Of a stretch of DNA of 64,000 bases, positions 13,947 through 34,611 are shown piece by piece. The notes beneath the pieces were generated by a model, which saw only the letters and a list, made by a program, of their open reading frames with translations, was not told the DNA's origin and did no database searches. A program made the translations under genes and the position numbers. The stretch is from Balanoglossus misakiensis. Taxonomy: Eukaryota; Animalia; Hemichordata. The stretch lies in the NCBI GenBank assembly GCA_040954595.2, contig CM082586.2:1115630-1179629 (forward strand), in the 5' to 3' direction. The first letter of the stretch is position 1. Each line of letters begins with the position of its first letter.

Positions 13947-15714
13947 CAGCAAATTGTAACAGTTACTCTCTGATGCCACAATGGGAAAGTGCTGTACTCT
14001 CATCACACCCATCTACATATACACAGTTAACCCTTATATGCAAATTTTTCAAACCAGGGACTGTTTTTCCCAGCAGGTTAAGGAGCCCTTTCACAGTTGG
14101 TGAAATCCCATTGGTGTATTTCACAGCTATCTGCATAAAGCTCCTCAAACGGACTGTTGGTTCAAAGTAATTTTTAAAGCCTTTGTAAATACCAGTCCAT
14201 TTTGCTAATATCAATTTCTATTACATTATCCCTTTTTAATAAAACTTTTACTCTCAAATATCCAATTCTATAAAGTACATTTCATATCGGTTAGACTTTC
14301 TTGCTTGAAATCATGGTGGTTGTTTGACTTACTTACACACTACAATACAGTACATTGTCGAATGCAGTGTATGATACAAATTCTTGTGTCTGTGAACATT
14401 AAAAGCAACATTATCTCTTTATAAACTTCGAAACTTCATACAGCATACCCATGTAGTTACATAGATGAGACTGCATGCATATAATATTACCCCCAGATTG
14501 TTAGGGCAACATCTCTCAACAATGGAAGATCAAACTTACCATTAAGTATCACTGTTCAGCATTTATCAAATTGTGCAATTGATTTACAGACTTTGTGCAA
14601 ATTTCATAAGAAAATTTTGAAGGGTTGTAAAATTTGCAACCACAATTCACATCTTGTTTTAATGTTACCTGGAAATCAATTGATGTGATCTTTTTGTACA
14701 TGAGAACTATAGCGGCCATGTAGGGTGGTACTCCCCAAAACAAGACATGGCCGCCGGCTTGAGAAAGTTCACATTTTCACTGCCATCATGATCATTTTTC
14801 ATGACAGTACCTTTGTATAAATTGGACATCTTGGCTGTAATGTGTCAAAGTAAAACAAAAATTTAGTTTTGTTGTAGAGTTAGATATTTGACCAATGTAC
14901 TGGTATGTATCTATGTGAATTTGTTTTTGTGAATACAAATTCGCTTTTAATTAACCCTGCTTATTATTAATATTGCAAAGGTAGCCAACCAGAAAACAGG
15001 TTGGCGATGCAACTACAAAAACGAAAGTCTGTCACAACACTTTCACTTGTTGGTGCCCTGTCATTTCCTTTTTTACAAGCAATCCTATGTGGATGGAAAA
15101 ATTAATCTATGCAATTATTAATCTTAATATCAAATCATTGCAATCTCTAACTATGATGCAAAGCGAAAGATGTCTTTTATTTGGAATGGTTAGGTTTTAG
15201 ATTAAGGAGAACTCGCAGCTGATTTTGTCTTGTCCATCTGTTCCTGCATAATTTGGGATAAATGTTGTGCATTTTGATGCTGTGGGTTATAACTATTCAT
15301 GCGAGGCTAAATCAGGCCTCGGAAAAATTTGCAGAATTTTTCCACATTTGAAGAATGAAGCTTCAAAAGTTATCTCACACATTAATGAAGAATTGTCGAA
15401 TCACCATAATTGCAGAAATATTTAGCAACATTTTAAAATCCAACTTGGCTACCAGTTGCCAAGTTCATAAGTTGAACTCATTGGGTTCTGAAATGGTGAT
15501 TTTGTTGATAAACAAAATTTGCCTGCATCAAGGCTATGTGGCAGTTGGCATGGCAACATGACCTCGTTAACACATTTCTTCTTTTTAACATGGGATGTGT
15601 ATGTGTTGGTCAGACTGTATTGTAATTTATTCCAACTTTGCCCGCCAAAGTAATCGGTTGAAATGAAAATTATATATACTGTATATATGATAAATTTGAC
15701 AACTGTTTGTATGG

Positions 15715-15720
15715 AATAAA
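15715..15720 (+). promoter_or_regulatory. Candidate polyadenylation signal of the syntrophin gene
   Basis: AATAAA at the end of an AT-rich region ~1.8 kb after the stop codon; an earlier AATAAA lies at ~14238. Confidence 0.4.
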
Positions 15721-15741
15721 AACAACTTGATTAATTCTTAA

Positions 15742-15905
15742 AGGTATACGGTCACCTCCAATTTACATATCGCCATATATAGTTGAAATGGCGTATTTGA
15801 GTGTTCTAAAGAACGCTTTATTTTTGCGTGTGCCACCCACTGAAAATCTGTGATTGGTCAGATCTCGTTTTACCATGGTAACTGTGGCTAAATTTGTATA
15901 GGTGG
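15742..15905 (+). mobile_element. Non-autonomous TIR element (MITE), copy 1, right end degenerate
   Basis: TTAA|AGGTATACGGTCACCT... aligns throughout with 43662-43847 (gtatttgagtgttctaaagaac; actgaaaatctgtgattgg; ccatggtaactgt). Confidence 0.8.
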
Positions 15906-16779
15906 TTCTCCAGATGTTTTTAATAGACACAGAAGTATGCCGATGATGCTATAATGGACCAAGATTATCCATATGGAACAAAGACAACCAAGAACAGTAA
16001 AAGAAATGGCCATTGGGATATATTGAAGAGGATAGCAGGTACTATATATACCACATGACGTGCACATTATCATACTTTCATTTCTTTGAAGATGTATATA
16101 TTTATTTACTGTATATCAAAAACTGCAAACCATGTAAAATGACAAAAATGTTAATTGTATTGGGAACCTGCCTATACAGCACAAAAACTTCAATTCCTCC
16201 ACCATATTGATAGAGCAGTAGCCATTGGCATTAAAATTGGATATACATGCATATCCTTGGATAAATTTATACATTGATTTTTTTACCGAAGAAATTTGTA
16301 CTTAAGATTTGGAGAAAGTTGTCTTTCAATATTATATAAACTTGGAAACAAAACTTGCATAAAATAATCAATGTCGGCTGAAATAAGCTTATTTGCATAT
16401 TATACACAGCTTTCTCATGATAGGTCAATTTCTGTGTGTAATTAACCAATCGTATGATTGCTGAAGATTTTAAGTAAAGGTCGTTTTATAAGCTGTAAGC
16501 TAGGATCAAAGTTTGTAGGTCACATCAGCATTATCTACATACATGTATAGTACTCAGGGATAGTACTTTAAAAACAGTTTTGGAAACCAGCTCCTTAAAA
16601 TTTGCTTTTCAGAAAAGAAATGTTCAATGTAGTCCATGAAAATTTCAGGAAATATACAGCTCATTCAATGTAAACGAATGACAATTGCAAAATCTGTCTT
16701 CATACAGTAGGTGTGATAAAGTAAAACAATTTAAAAACTGGAAGAGTGTCAACAATGTTGACACGATGTCCCAAATGGC

Positions 16780-16837
16780 TCCGTCGCTGGTGGCGCTGTG
16801 CGAGTGAGCGAAATGGTGCCGTCGCTGGTGGCGCTGT
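16780..16837. repeat. Short direct repeat, 2 copies
   Basis: ccgtcgctggtggcgctgt occurs twice ~38 bp apart, each copy preceded by aaatgg. Confidence 0.7.
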
Positions 16838-16999
16838 TCAAAGGAGCGCTGTACTATTGTTCACTGTTGACAAGGACAATGATGAGTCGCTTCCAACCAT
16901 TTTCTTTTAATCACAAACTTGAAAGCTCGTCTTTAACACACTCCCAACACACGGATTGAATTTTATGTATGACTTCTGATACTCCTTTCCTACAGCAGT

Positions 17000-18221
17000 C
17001 TATGTGCTTGGTCGTAACGTTGTATTCGTTAGCATTGCTGGTAGATCTGTTTTGGAAGTTGTCACGGTCTGAAGCTCAGTTGCTTGTCCTGGGGTTGAGT
17101 CTAGGGTTGTCAAAGGATCAATAGTTCCATCGTTGCCTCCTGTTAACAGAAAATTCCAAAATAAAAAGTGGGCCTAATTCGTTTTCGCGATGGACGAGCT
17201 GGTCCGCGTCATTTTTTTAAACCATTAATTGTATGTAGTTATCTCACCTTGATCATGTGTACCTGTCGTGTCATGACTTCCAACAGTTATAGCGGGATCG
17301 TCGTTACCATTGCCGTCATCGGTTATAGGAAATTCACCGTTGTCATGGCTACCAAACGGCTGCCTCCGATTTCCCACTGAAGAAACAAAGCAAGAAAGTG
17401 TTAACGTCGGCTACCCATGATGTACCACCGTATTCTTGGGCGAAGAGTGGTAATTACTTTAATTACTTTTACATACATAATTTTACTTCTTTGTTGTTAT
17501 TGTTTTATTTTTAGCGATTCTAGCTTCAATTCTAAGGGCAGTAATTTGCACAACAAAGAAACAATTACAGTGTCACTTTTGCCAAACGCGTTAAAAAGAG
17601 ATTTTTGAAAGTCCGTCACCACATGGCAAGACGCGATAATTACCGTGAGTAATATATGTACTTACAATGGAAGTCGAGTACAACACCAACTGCGCATGCG
17701 ATGATAGCAAGAATAAGCAAAAGTCCAACCATGCAAAATATCATATTTCTTCTCCGCTGTCTATATCTGATGGCGGCTTCATCTCTTTTAATTTCTCCAA
17801 CTGTTTCGAAACTGTCTATAGCCTCCCAATCGGGTGGGTATGGAATTTGTGCTTTATTGATGGTTTTGTTGATATTGTCCCCAAATTTCCATTTGGACAA
17901 GGAATATGATTCCTTTTTTGATCTGGAAATATTGTCTTTAAGTCGAAGCGACTGCTTTCCGAGGTTATTCATACATGACGTGTCTTCGGTGATATTCGGC
18001 GGAGTTCTGATATTGTTCGTAGCTGCGATTTCACTGTTCGGCGGTGCCTGATTTTCTGCTGGCGTACTTTCATTCTGAATCAACGAATTATTGTCAGATG
18101 TTGTCTGTTGGGTGTCGTTCATTTGATCCACAGTCGGATTCTGATCCGGACTCGAACGGTCTCTCATTTTGTCTTCCTTTTTGTGATTTTCCTCGCTCGT
18201 TAGGACCACTTCAGTCTTGTC
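17000..18221 (-). CDS. Uncharacterised type II single-pass membrane protein with Thr-rich C-terminus
   Basis: Phase-consistent exons 18221-17666, 17376-17248, 17139-17000 (TAG). Polar N-terminus, basic cluster RYRQRRR, hydrophobic helix NMIFCMVGLLLILAIIACAVGVVL, then a D/G/T-rich tail ending ..TVTTSKTDLPAMLTNTTLRPST. Internal ATG at 18167; possible upstream exon at 20965-20939. Confidence 0.7.
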
Positions 18222-19118
18222 CTGCAGTTAAGAAGTAAAACATAATTAATTAATAAAACTTTGACATAATGAAAAGTGAACCAAGATTTGCACAATCATG
18301 GTGACGGGACAAACGAATAAGAAGGAAGAAAATATAAGTATATTGTCCTTCAGTAATGTGGTAACTGCGCTTACAGAAAACGGTCATTATTAATGATAAG
18401 CTTCGATGAACAATTACCTATTATGAATCGATTGGTGTGTGCGTGGACGGCTAACTGTGATAGCCTTCAATTGGCCTGTATAGTTGTCCCAGATAAGTCA
18501 CAATAATATCATAAAGACTTTACCTCCAAACACTTTTTAGTTTATCGAAGAAAAGTAAGATTCCTAGGCGTGTACGTCGAGTCACTGTTGAGATGGCTTA
18601 CTAGCTTAGTTTGAAGACAGGTCGTTCTGAATAACAGTCGTTTTCCAGTTTCGATTGAGATCTCTGAGAACAGAAAGGAGCGCTGCCCACGATTGCCGAT
18701 GACTCGCGAATGGGTATGGGACCCGGTTGCACGGCTCACAAAGAGACCAACCGTATCAATAGAAAGTAAGGATCAACAGGTCAACATAAGGTGACCCGTC
18801 ACCAGCCAAATATGGGAGGAAGCGATTTACACCTGCTTATTGGTATGCAAATTGTTTTGTGACGTGTTACCGTCTATAAAAAGTGTCGCTCTCAGTCCCC
18901 TACTTTTCACGAACTATGGATTGTCACGGAGGCCATGATATTGTTCTTGTTTTCACAAAGATTTTATTTCGTGCACAAAGGTTTCAATAACACGCCCCAC
19001 ATTCTCTATTCTTAGGTATTTTTTCCGGTTTTCTTCAAATGTCCAGGTCGTTTCGTCCCATATTCTTTCGCTGTGACTGTCCAGAAATCCTGACTATGTT
19101 TGTCCGTCCCTCCGACAG

Positions 19119-19216
19119 TTCATTCATTCATTCATTCATTCATTCATCCGTCTGTCCATCCATCCATCCATCTGTCTGTCTGTCCATCTGTCTGTCTGTC
19201 CGCCCCTCCGTCCGTC
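19119..19216. repeat. Compound tetranucleotide microsatellite (TTCA)n(TCCA)n(TCTG)n
   Basis: ttcattcattca...tccatccatcca...tctgtctgtctg read directly. Confidence 0.9.
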
Positions 19217-21606
19217 ATTCAATGGTATCATATGAAAGGCTGCGCGTATTGGCATGCAACAGGTGGTTACCGTGTATGCCGTATTGGTGGTCAGAACATC
19301 TTGGAAGTATGAATGCCAATAAGCTTTTTTTGGCACTCCTGTCCCCGAAATATCGTCCATAGACGCGAGGAATCCAGGGACTGTCAATCTAAACCACTTT
19401 CAAAATGACATTCAAAATGACACACGCAAGTCATATTTGAAATTATCATTGTATCTATCATTATGTAGCAGCCGGCGTTGTCAAATTTTATGCATCGAAA
19501 AATGTATTTGTGAATGTCGTTGTTGATTATTGACGCAAGCAAAGCGACCTCGACGAACCATACGGTACACGCGAGTTAAACAACCCTTACTCATATATCG
19601 TTATGAATATTTGGTATGACGTGCTTTGTTGAAGTCAACACTACATGTATTTTCAGAAGAAATAAACGTAAAAATAACTCATACAAGGACGGGCTAGTAC
19701 GATCGTGGCCTATATTAAGGTTTTAAAAGTTCAACCCCGGGCTTAATTATAATGCAGATAATTGTACTAGTATAAAATATCTCTGCCGTAAGCACATATT
19801 CATAATGGCGCCTGGCCATTTATAAATACACCACCATAATGTACTGGAACTCATTGCTAATTTGCAGCAATGCAGTAAAGCGTGTAAGCTTATCAAGGAA
19901 CACAAACGAATGCCGTTAACTATTTGTGGGGGTCAATATATTAAAAAGAAATCTCATCACCAGGGTTGATTGGATGTCGACTAAAAGCACTTATTTGGCG
20001 TGTAATTGAGTGAAGTGCCTTAGAAGCTTGCTTTCAAGGCGAGTTGACAGATTCTTTTGACAGCGAAAGGATAGATTACTAAGTACAGAGCGTTGACTGC
20101 AAGTATGTCGTTCTTATTGTGCCTCTGTTCACGCACAGAAAGACATGAAAAACGTAAAATTGCGTGACAATAGTTTTTATAGATTTTACAAAAACAATAT
20201 TATTTGATTAACAACACTAACACATGCGGCGAAAGTTGGTTCTGTAATATTAACAGACACTGGCAGAAAACGTTGTGAGTCGATGACGAGAGTTTATATT
20301 GTGTCCAATATCGATTTCTTTTTTTAGTTTGAATCACCGCTTTGCACTTGGGCGTACCTCAAACTGCCACAGACATGATTCATCGGCCACACAATCATCA
20401 TTCTCTGTATCTCTTTCATGTCGTGTCACGCCCGTCACAACTGAAAATCCCCACCAACAGCATATTCTCTGGCACACTATTGGGCATAGCGTCAAAATGC
20501 ACATGATTCCAGCTGCAGTGGGATTTTATAATCTTTAAGCGCTGTAGTACAATTCATCATTGTTGATAAACCGCTTTGCGGACAATATCCAAAGTCAGAA
20601 TTAAATAACACAAACAATAGCAGTCAGGCTGTGCGTTTTGTGTACCGAATACAAATGGGGAGACGATGGTTCCTATGTACACAGTTAAATTTCGCTCATC
20701 GCAATGCAGAGCAGTTCAGTGATATCGAATTTGGTTCTCTTTGGAAAATGTAATACCACAGGCCAATCCTTATAATTACCCGGGGAGAATAATTCAAAAA
20801 AAGCTTTGTTTCTGCATTTAAATGTCCATTATTAAAGTGTGATATCGTGGTTTCGGTGTAGCTGACAACCGACAGGTATGCAAATTAAATTCGCACAAGG
20901 TAAAGAGCTGGCAGAAATGTGTGTACGTATATACTCACCGAATTCTCATTTGTAATTCCATCCATGTACCTCGAACAAATGAATGCTTGTATTGAAACGG
21001 TAGCCTTACTGACCTGCGTTGCGGTCGATATGGTGTCACTGTGTATTTTTTAAAAAGTGAAAGTGATTTGCATGACAATGTATTTGCGTGTCGCGTACAC
21101 ATACGGTATCGCTTTACCAGGGTTGCCAGTGGTGAATGCCGGCTGCGCATGTGTTGATCCGTACACTATCTACCAGCATCATTAACTGTTCACATAATCC
21201 TAGTATTTATGATATCAAACATGGCCTGGCCTATACTGCAGGTCCTCTGTGTAGAAACATATGTCACTCAAAAATTCTGAGTCAGAGAAGTACTTGGTAT
21301 AGGTCTACAGGTGTGCTCAAAAACTGGGTTTACAAATATTTTTGTGTCTGCTTTCGGCAAAATTCTTCTGCGTCCCTTCTCAATGGATTATGGTTATTTT
21401 AAGAATTATTCAGATGTATGCAGTTTGGCACTAATATCAATTTTCCAGACATGTTTATGTGTGCGAAATTTCTTTGGTAAAGCGGTTCATGCTGACGCCC
21501 TCAACGTACTTCAAACAGTTGCTTTCGGAAAGGTCTACCACAGAATGAGAACTGATAACTCTCGTAAACGTCGAGAATTCGTTGCGAGATGACGTCCCAA
21601 GCAAAG

Positions 21607-29276
<7,670 letters not shown>

Positions 29277-29777
29277 TTTTTGAGCCTGCCACCCCTATTA
29301 AAAATGGTGTGCGCCGGTAAACCTCTGAGTATTCAGATAGTATTCAGAGAGATTTCTGCCCAGGCCCCCCTGACATGTCTAGTGTACATTTACATCTGGT
29401 CTTTTATTCATTTTTTGTCTTGATATGATGATTGATAGGTTCCCAGAAAATGTTCACTATAAAAATCATGATCTTGTTAGAAGAAAACTTAGAAGCGTTT
29501 TTTGACTGTGCGGGTTATTCCAAAGCCCATTTCAGACATCTACTGATTATTTCCTTTGCTTCGTATTAAAAAAACAGATCAAACACACATCATTCTTGTA
29601 AATTTTTATTTTCAGACTGACGCATGCAGACATCCAAGGCACCACATGTACATATGAGCACACACGCTACTTGCACACAATTCGAGTTTGGGTTAGATTT
29701 TATTTTTTTCTGCAAATCCTGTCCATAAATGCGGACATCTGAGATGCCACTATTTTCTAGTTTCCTTCACTGCTCAG

Positions 29778-32700
29778 CTATAGATGATGCCTCCTGTGAG
29801 AAAGAAAAACAGCCCCGCATTAACAGAGGACCGTACGTGGATTTTAATACGTAAGCTTATTTTCCTTCCTTCATTTGGTATCTCATAACTAGACGTGCAA
29901 AATAATATCCCTTCCCCAGTACGGTCAGCCAACATACTGAAAGATCCCCTCCATTTTACTATGCAAGTAATATCAAAGACTGCCTTAATCAATATCGTGA
30001 GTGCTCTAAATTTAAAAGTTCCTGTAGACCCTCGTGTACGTACCGGCCTCCACATCTGTACTCCCACAAACAGAACACGATCAGGATGAGCGCCACCAAC
30101 GCCAATACGCCAGAGAAAAACGACTGTGCGCTGCTGAAACCAATTGCGCTTGCTAGTGGGCTGCTTATCGTGGGCCCAAGGAAATTACTGAAAGTGGAAA
30201 TGATGCTATGTTTATTTGGGTCGTTGTGGCGATGAGTGTATGTTGGGTTGTTGGACTGCTGTCATAATGAAGTGGTGTAAAATCCTACAAATACTGATTG
30301 TACAGTTGTGGGCAATAATTTATGTATACGAAACATTCAACAGTCGTCGTCGCTGTTGTTGTAATAGCACTAGATTTGATCTGTCGTGATCCATATAAGT
30401 AACCCAACGGACAGAGTGTCTCAGTGACAATACACGCAATTGAATTACCCTAACGAGATAAATCCAACGAAGATACCAGATACGATCCCGTAGGTACCCA
30501 CGTCATCTTCCATTCCGTAAAACCTAATGAGTATTGAAAAAAACGTAGCTATGCTGGTCTGTTTAATAATAGCAGGTTTCTGTGATTAGATAGGTCTAAG
30601 TCCCCCCAAAATACAAGACACGAAACTGTCCACAAATCAAGTTGGTTGTCTTACCTTACAGTTGACAACGCTTCGGTGAATGCAGGTACTACAGTCATTG
30701 CAAATGATATTCCTATAAGCATAAGTGCCAGTGCTGCCAGTAATATAGTGCTTTAACAAACAAACATAAACAAAAATAAACGTTAGTACAATACACTACG
30801 CCTTGAAACCTCAAATACGTTTAATGGCACAAAAGGTACAAGATAAATTATGCACCCATTTTAGTTTCTCACAAAGCATGACTTGGATCACGGACAGTCT
30901 ATTATTGGATGAACGGAAAGTCCTCTTTTCCATCTTACCTTTCCATTCCAAGAAATGGAGAAGGTCCAAGGTACAGATAACCAGCCACACCCACTATGTT
31001 ACCAACTATCATGATCAGTTTCGGAATATCCTGAACAAAATACACGATTCGGAATTATCCTCATTGTGCTGCATTAGGCGCATATACATCACCAGAAATG
31101 TTAAAAACCGCTTGTGTAGAAACATAGACAGACACCCTGAGCCATAAGCTTGTTTTGCATTGTGAAAACCAAATTGTTTTATATATATCCTCAAACTATG
31201 GTTTGGCTTACATATCTATCAGTTAACCATCCAACACAGAGAGAAGACAAGGTGTAAGTGCCGAACGGAATCAGAAATATCCCACCGACTTCGGTTGGAC
31301 TCAAGTCAAACTATGGAAATGAAATAAAAATAGCAAGAGTTATTCTCATCCCCACGGTCGTCACCATGTTCAGTAGTGAAAATATTACTTAATGTCTGTG
31401 CGACAAAATTGAGTGGTATACCCTCAAAGCAGAATGTTTATTGTCACTGTTATGAACCATATCTCTCGAACAGTTTTCCGACCGCGGGAAGACTCTCGGT
31501 TCACTTTCGGAAGAGAACTTCGGAAATAGGTTGATTCAATGTTTGTGAATATTAATTATGGAGCATGCGCACTAGACGATCATTTCGCTTTAATAAAACG
31601 TTCCTTACCTGAGAGAGGTGACGCGACAAAGTAGATTCAAGGTTACTGAAACACATGAAGGTGGTTAAAACACACAGAGAAGTCACGATCATTGGTGGCA
31701 TCTTCAAAACTTGAATCAATGACCCTGATTTATTTAGTTCATTGCCTGTAACAAGAGCAGGAACATTTCGTAATAATCGAGCATAGTGAATAACATGAGA
31801 ACAATTTAATACACTATAAAATGATATAGTGTATAGTTATGTTACAGTGAACTAATGAAGTAATACAAAAGGCGCAAAATCTGTAATATATCATTAAGTT
31901 TCGGTTTTCATTCAACTCAACTCAGTATACACTAATAAGGTCAGGCAAAGTATTAATATCACACGTATAGAAAATGACTTGTGATCATTGCCCTTTGAAC
32001 TCTCAGAAAGCATAAAAATATCAAATCGTTATACTGTCAGTAGAAAGAAAAGGGGAACATTCTTTAGCAATTAGTGACAAAAAAGATCATCTTGCCTTTG
32101 TGATCGGGAATGACGAAGAAATTGATAATGACAACAACAATACCACAGATACCCAATACCGCAAATGGTAATGGATACCCACCGACCTTTAAAGGAAGAC
32201 AATGCATTTGAATCGCATCAAAATTAAACATAACATATACGAAGTTTGGTTCTTGCAATGGTTGATATTACATTATTCTTTGTCTTGCAAAATCCGTTAT
32301 AACAAGAAATAACTTTTCTTATATTATGAGCGTCAAGACAGACTGAAAAGGGGCGAGTTGACACACTAAATACTGTTGTCACGGTAACTGATTGCAAGAC
32401 CAGTGTTGGCCTCCACCTACCTCGTAAAGTGCGCCACCTACAGGTGGTCCTATCATGAAACCCAAGCCAGAGGCAATTTCAGCAACAGCCTACAGAGTGA
32501 AATGAAACGCTTATAAAGTCTCATATTTATTAAATATGGCAGAAATCTGCCATACTGAAATTCTGAAGACTGAATGCAATATTTTTCGCTCACTAAGGCC
32601 GCAAACCCCTATTTAAGGTAGCGTACTTACAGTTGCCTTGCTGACACTTTGTGTGAACGTACTGCTGATGATGGTAAATGCTCCTGTTGAAGCAGACGCG

Positions 32701-33881
32701 GCACCCGCACCTTCCACAATACGAGTAGCAAAACACAAAGCGACAAAAATGAGCCCGCTCTCCAGATGAGTCAGAAAACTGCCGAAGAGAGTAATGATGA
32801 AAAAAGTACAGTAGGCACGTTTTTTAGCAAGACATCTGTCGACCAACATCAATGTAATTGAAATGTTCTATATAAACCGTACCGCGGGCTGAACTCGGAC
32901 AGACAAATAATAAATATCATTCTGCGGATATTTCCACCGACGACCAATAATTTATAGCGCCTTTATGACCCGAACACGTGGCCTCGTAATTTTTCGAGTG
33001 ACCATATTGACTTCTATTTCGAGTAGTCTAATTGTAAAAGTCGGGAATAGCCAATAGACTGTTCAATTGCGAATTGAATAGTGACAGGTCCTTTCCTTAG
33101 TACTGAAACAACAAACAAACAAGTATATGTGAACTTACCCAAATGCAATAGATGTACAACCGCTTATAAATGACCCAGCCAAGAATAGGGTTTTTGCTCC
33201 AAAAATGGGCACCTACGAAATTCAACGATATAAACAGAGCGCACATGCGTAGTATGGCCGAACGTGTCTGTCAATACAATGATGATGATGGTGATGATGA
33301 TGATGATGATGATGATCTTACTTACCATTCTTCCGGCGATTGGAGAGAATATAAACATTGCGATGGAAAAACAACCAAATATGAAGCCAACCTGAGTTGG
33401 ACTGGCGCCCATTTTTGCTGCCTGTATAGGGAACGAAACAAACCAAAACACAAATGCGTACACTATATATTACTAGTATCTATGTTACTAAATACTGTTG
33501 AAAAAGATGTCGTTGTCGAAGTCAAGTTTGCGTCGGACTTTGCTTTTACCGCCGAAACTAAAATATCTTCGTTGTGTCATGGCTACAGTTGTTTTGGATG
33601 AAGTCGAGCGAATAGTAATATCTTCTATTTCGCGGGCCAACCTCAGCTGAACGTACATTTCCCTGTACATGTATCACACTTTTTATTTATATTCGCAATC
33701 GCCAAATCGGTAAAACGTCACTGCACGAACTGACCTCAATTGGGAAGAAAGGCGCAATCAAGCTGTAGGATAGAAAATGCACACATTCGGCCAGACACAC
33801 GCCGGCAAGAACCAAATAGTCCCTTTTCGTGTAGTTGTCCCGGCATTTCTCTTTAGTATCGAGAACCTCTGAGGTTTCCAT
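29778..33881 (-). CDS. SLC18B1: MFS-type transporter SLC18B1-like, paralog A
   Basis: 13 exons (approx.): 33881-33735, 33421-33326, 33212-33139, 32778-32631, 32489-32421, 32186-32096, 31745-31609, 31311-31213, 31030-30939, 30750-30655, 30523-30449, 30187-30044, 29793-29778. Motifs YSLIAPFFPIEAAKMGASPTQVGFIFG, TRIVEGAGAA, GLGFMIGPPVGGALYEVGGYPLPF, YLGPSPFL, TYGIVSG, GNFLGPT. Start codon and last exon are less certain. Confidence 0.88.
33279..33316. repeat. (GAT)n microsatellite in an SLC18B1-A intron
   Basis: atgatgatgatggtgatgatgatgatgat... read directly. Confidence 0.85.
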
Positions 33882-34200
33882 GGGCCCTATCCCCAACTGA
33901 TATTATTCTGAAACTGGCAGACAGACCGCGACAGCGCTGCTTTCATTTTTTAAATGGCGCATCACAACTCAATGAATGCATGTATGTAAAACAGAAAATA
34001 TCACTGACAAAACTGGCACTTATTTATAGCTTCAACGAAAATGATATTGATAATAGAATAATAGAACCAGTCGAAAAAATAATAGAATTTACCCCTTTTA
34101 TATAGACCATTTTTTTAATATACCACGGCCACAATTATCCGGTGTGTGTACAAATTTGGTTTACCCGATGGAACATGTGTAATCTCCTAGACCTTAAAGA

Positions 34201-34242
34201 TACAGTTACCATGGTGAATTGAGATCTAGCCAATAATCACAC
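34201..34242 (-). mobile_element. Fragment of the same MITE family as 15742 and 43662
   Basis: tacagttaccatggtgaattgagatctagccaat is the approximate reverse complement of attggctagatctc...ccatggtaactgta in the 43.7 kb copy. Confidence 0.6.
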
Positions 34243-34611
34243 AGGACTACACACAAATCTTTATTGATCATGTTGAAGATTCGCTATAATTCAGTTTACA
34301 CCTGGCATGACATAGCACACAAATAACCAAATGTCGACTGCGTTTTCATCGTAGAATAGTCTGAGAAATGACAAAATATGTAAATCAAATATCTGTTTGG
34401 CACCGTTGTACTGAGTTCTCACACGCAGTTCATCGATCAGTTGCTATGATCGCTTACTGCGCCTCGATGTAAGGGTGCCCCGGTGTGCCTTTAGGGTCCC
34501 AGACATTGTGGGAGCGCCCGCACAGGACTGAATCTATGCGCCTCGATTGCTCAGAAAGTTTTGTCTTTGTCGTCTGTAAATATCAATTCATGGAAAAGGT
34601 TCGTGTTCACT

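Noticed and set aside
16780-16837. CTCF-like sites in the ccgtcgctggtggcgct repeat
   Set aside because: Only the GGTGGCGC half matches; the 5' CCAC/CCGC-YAG core is absent.
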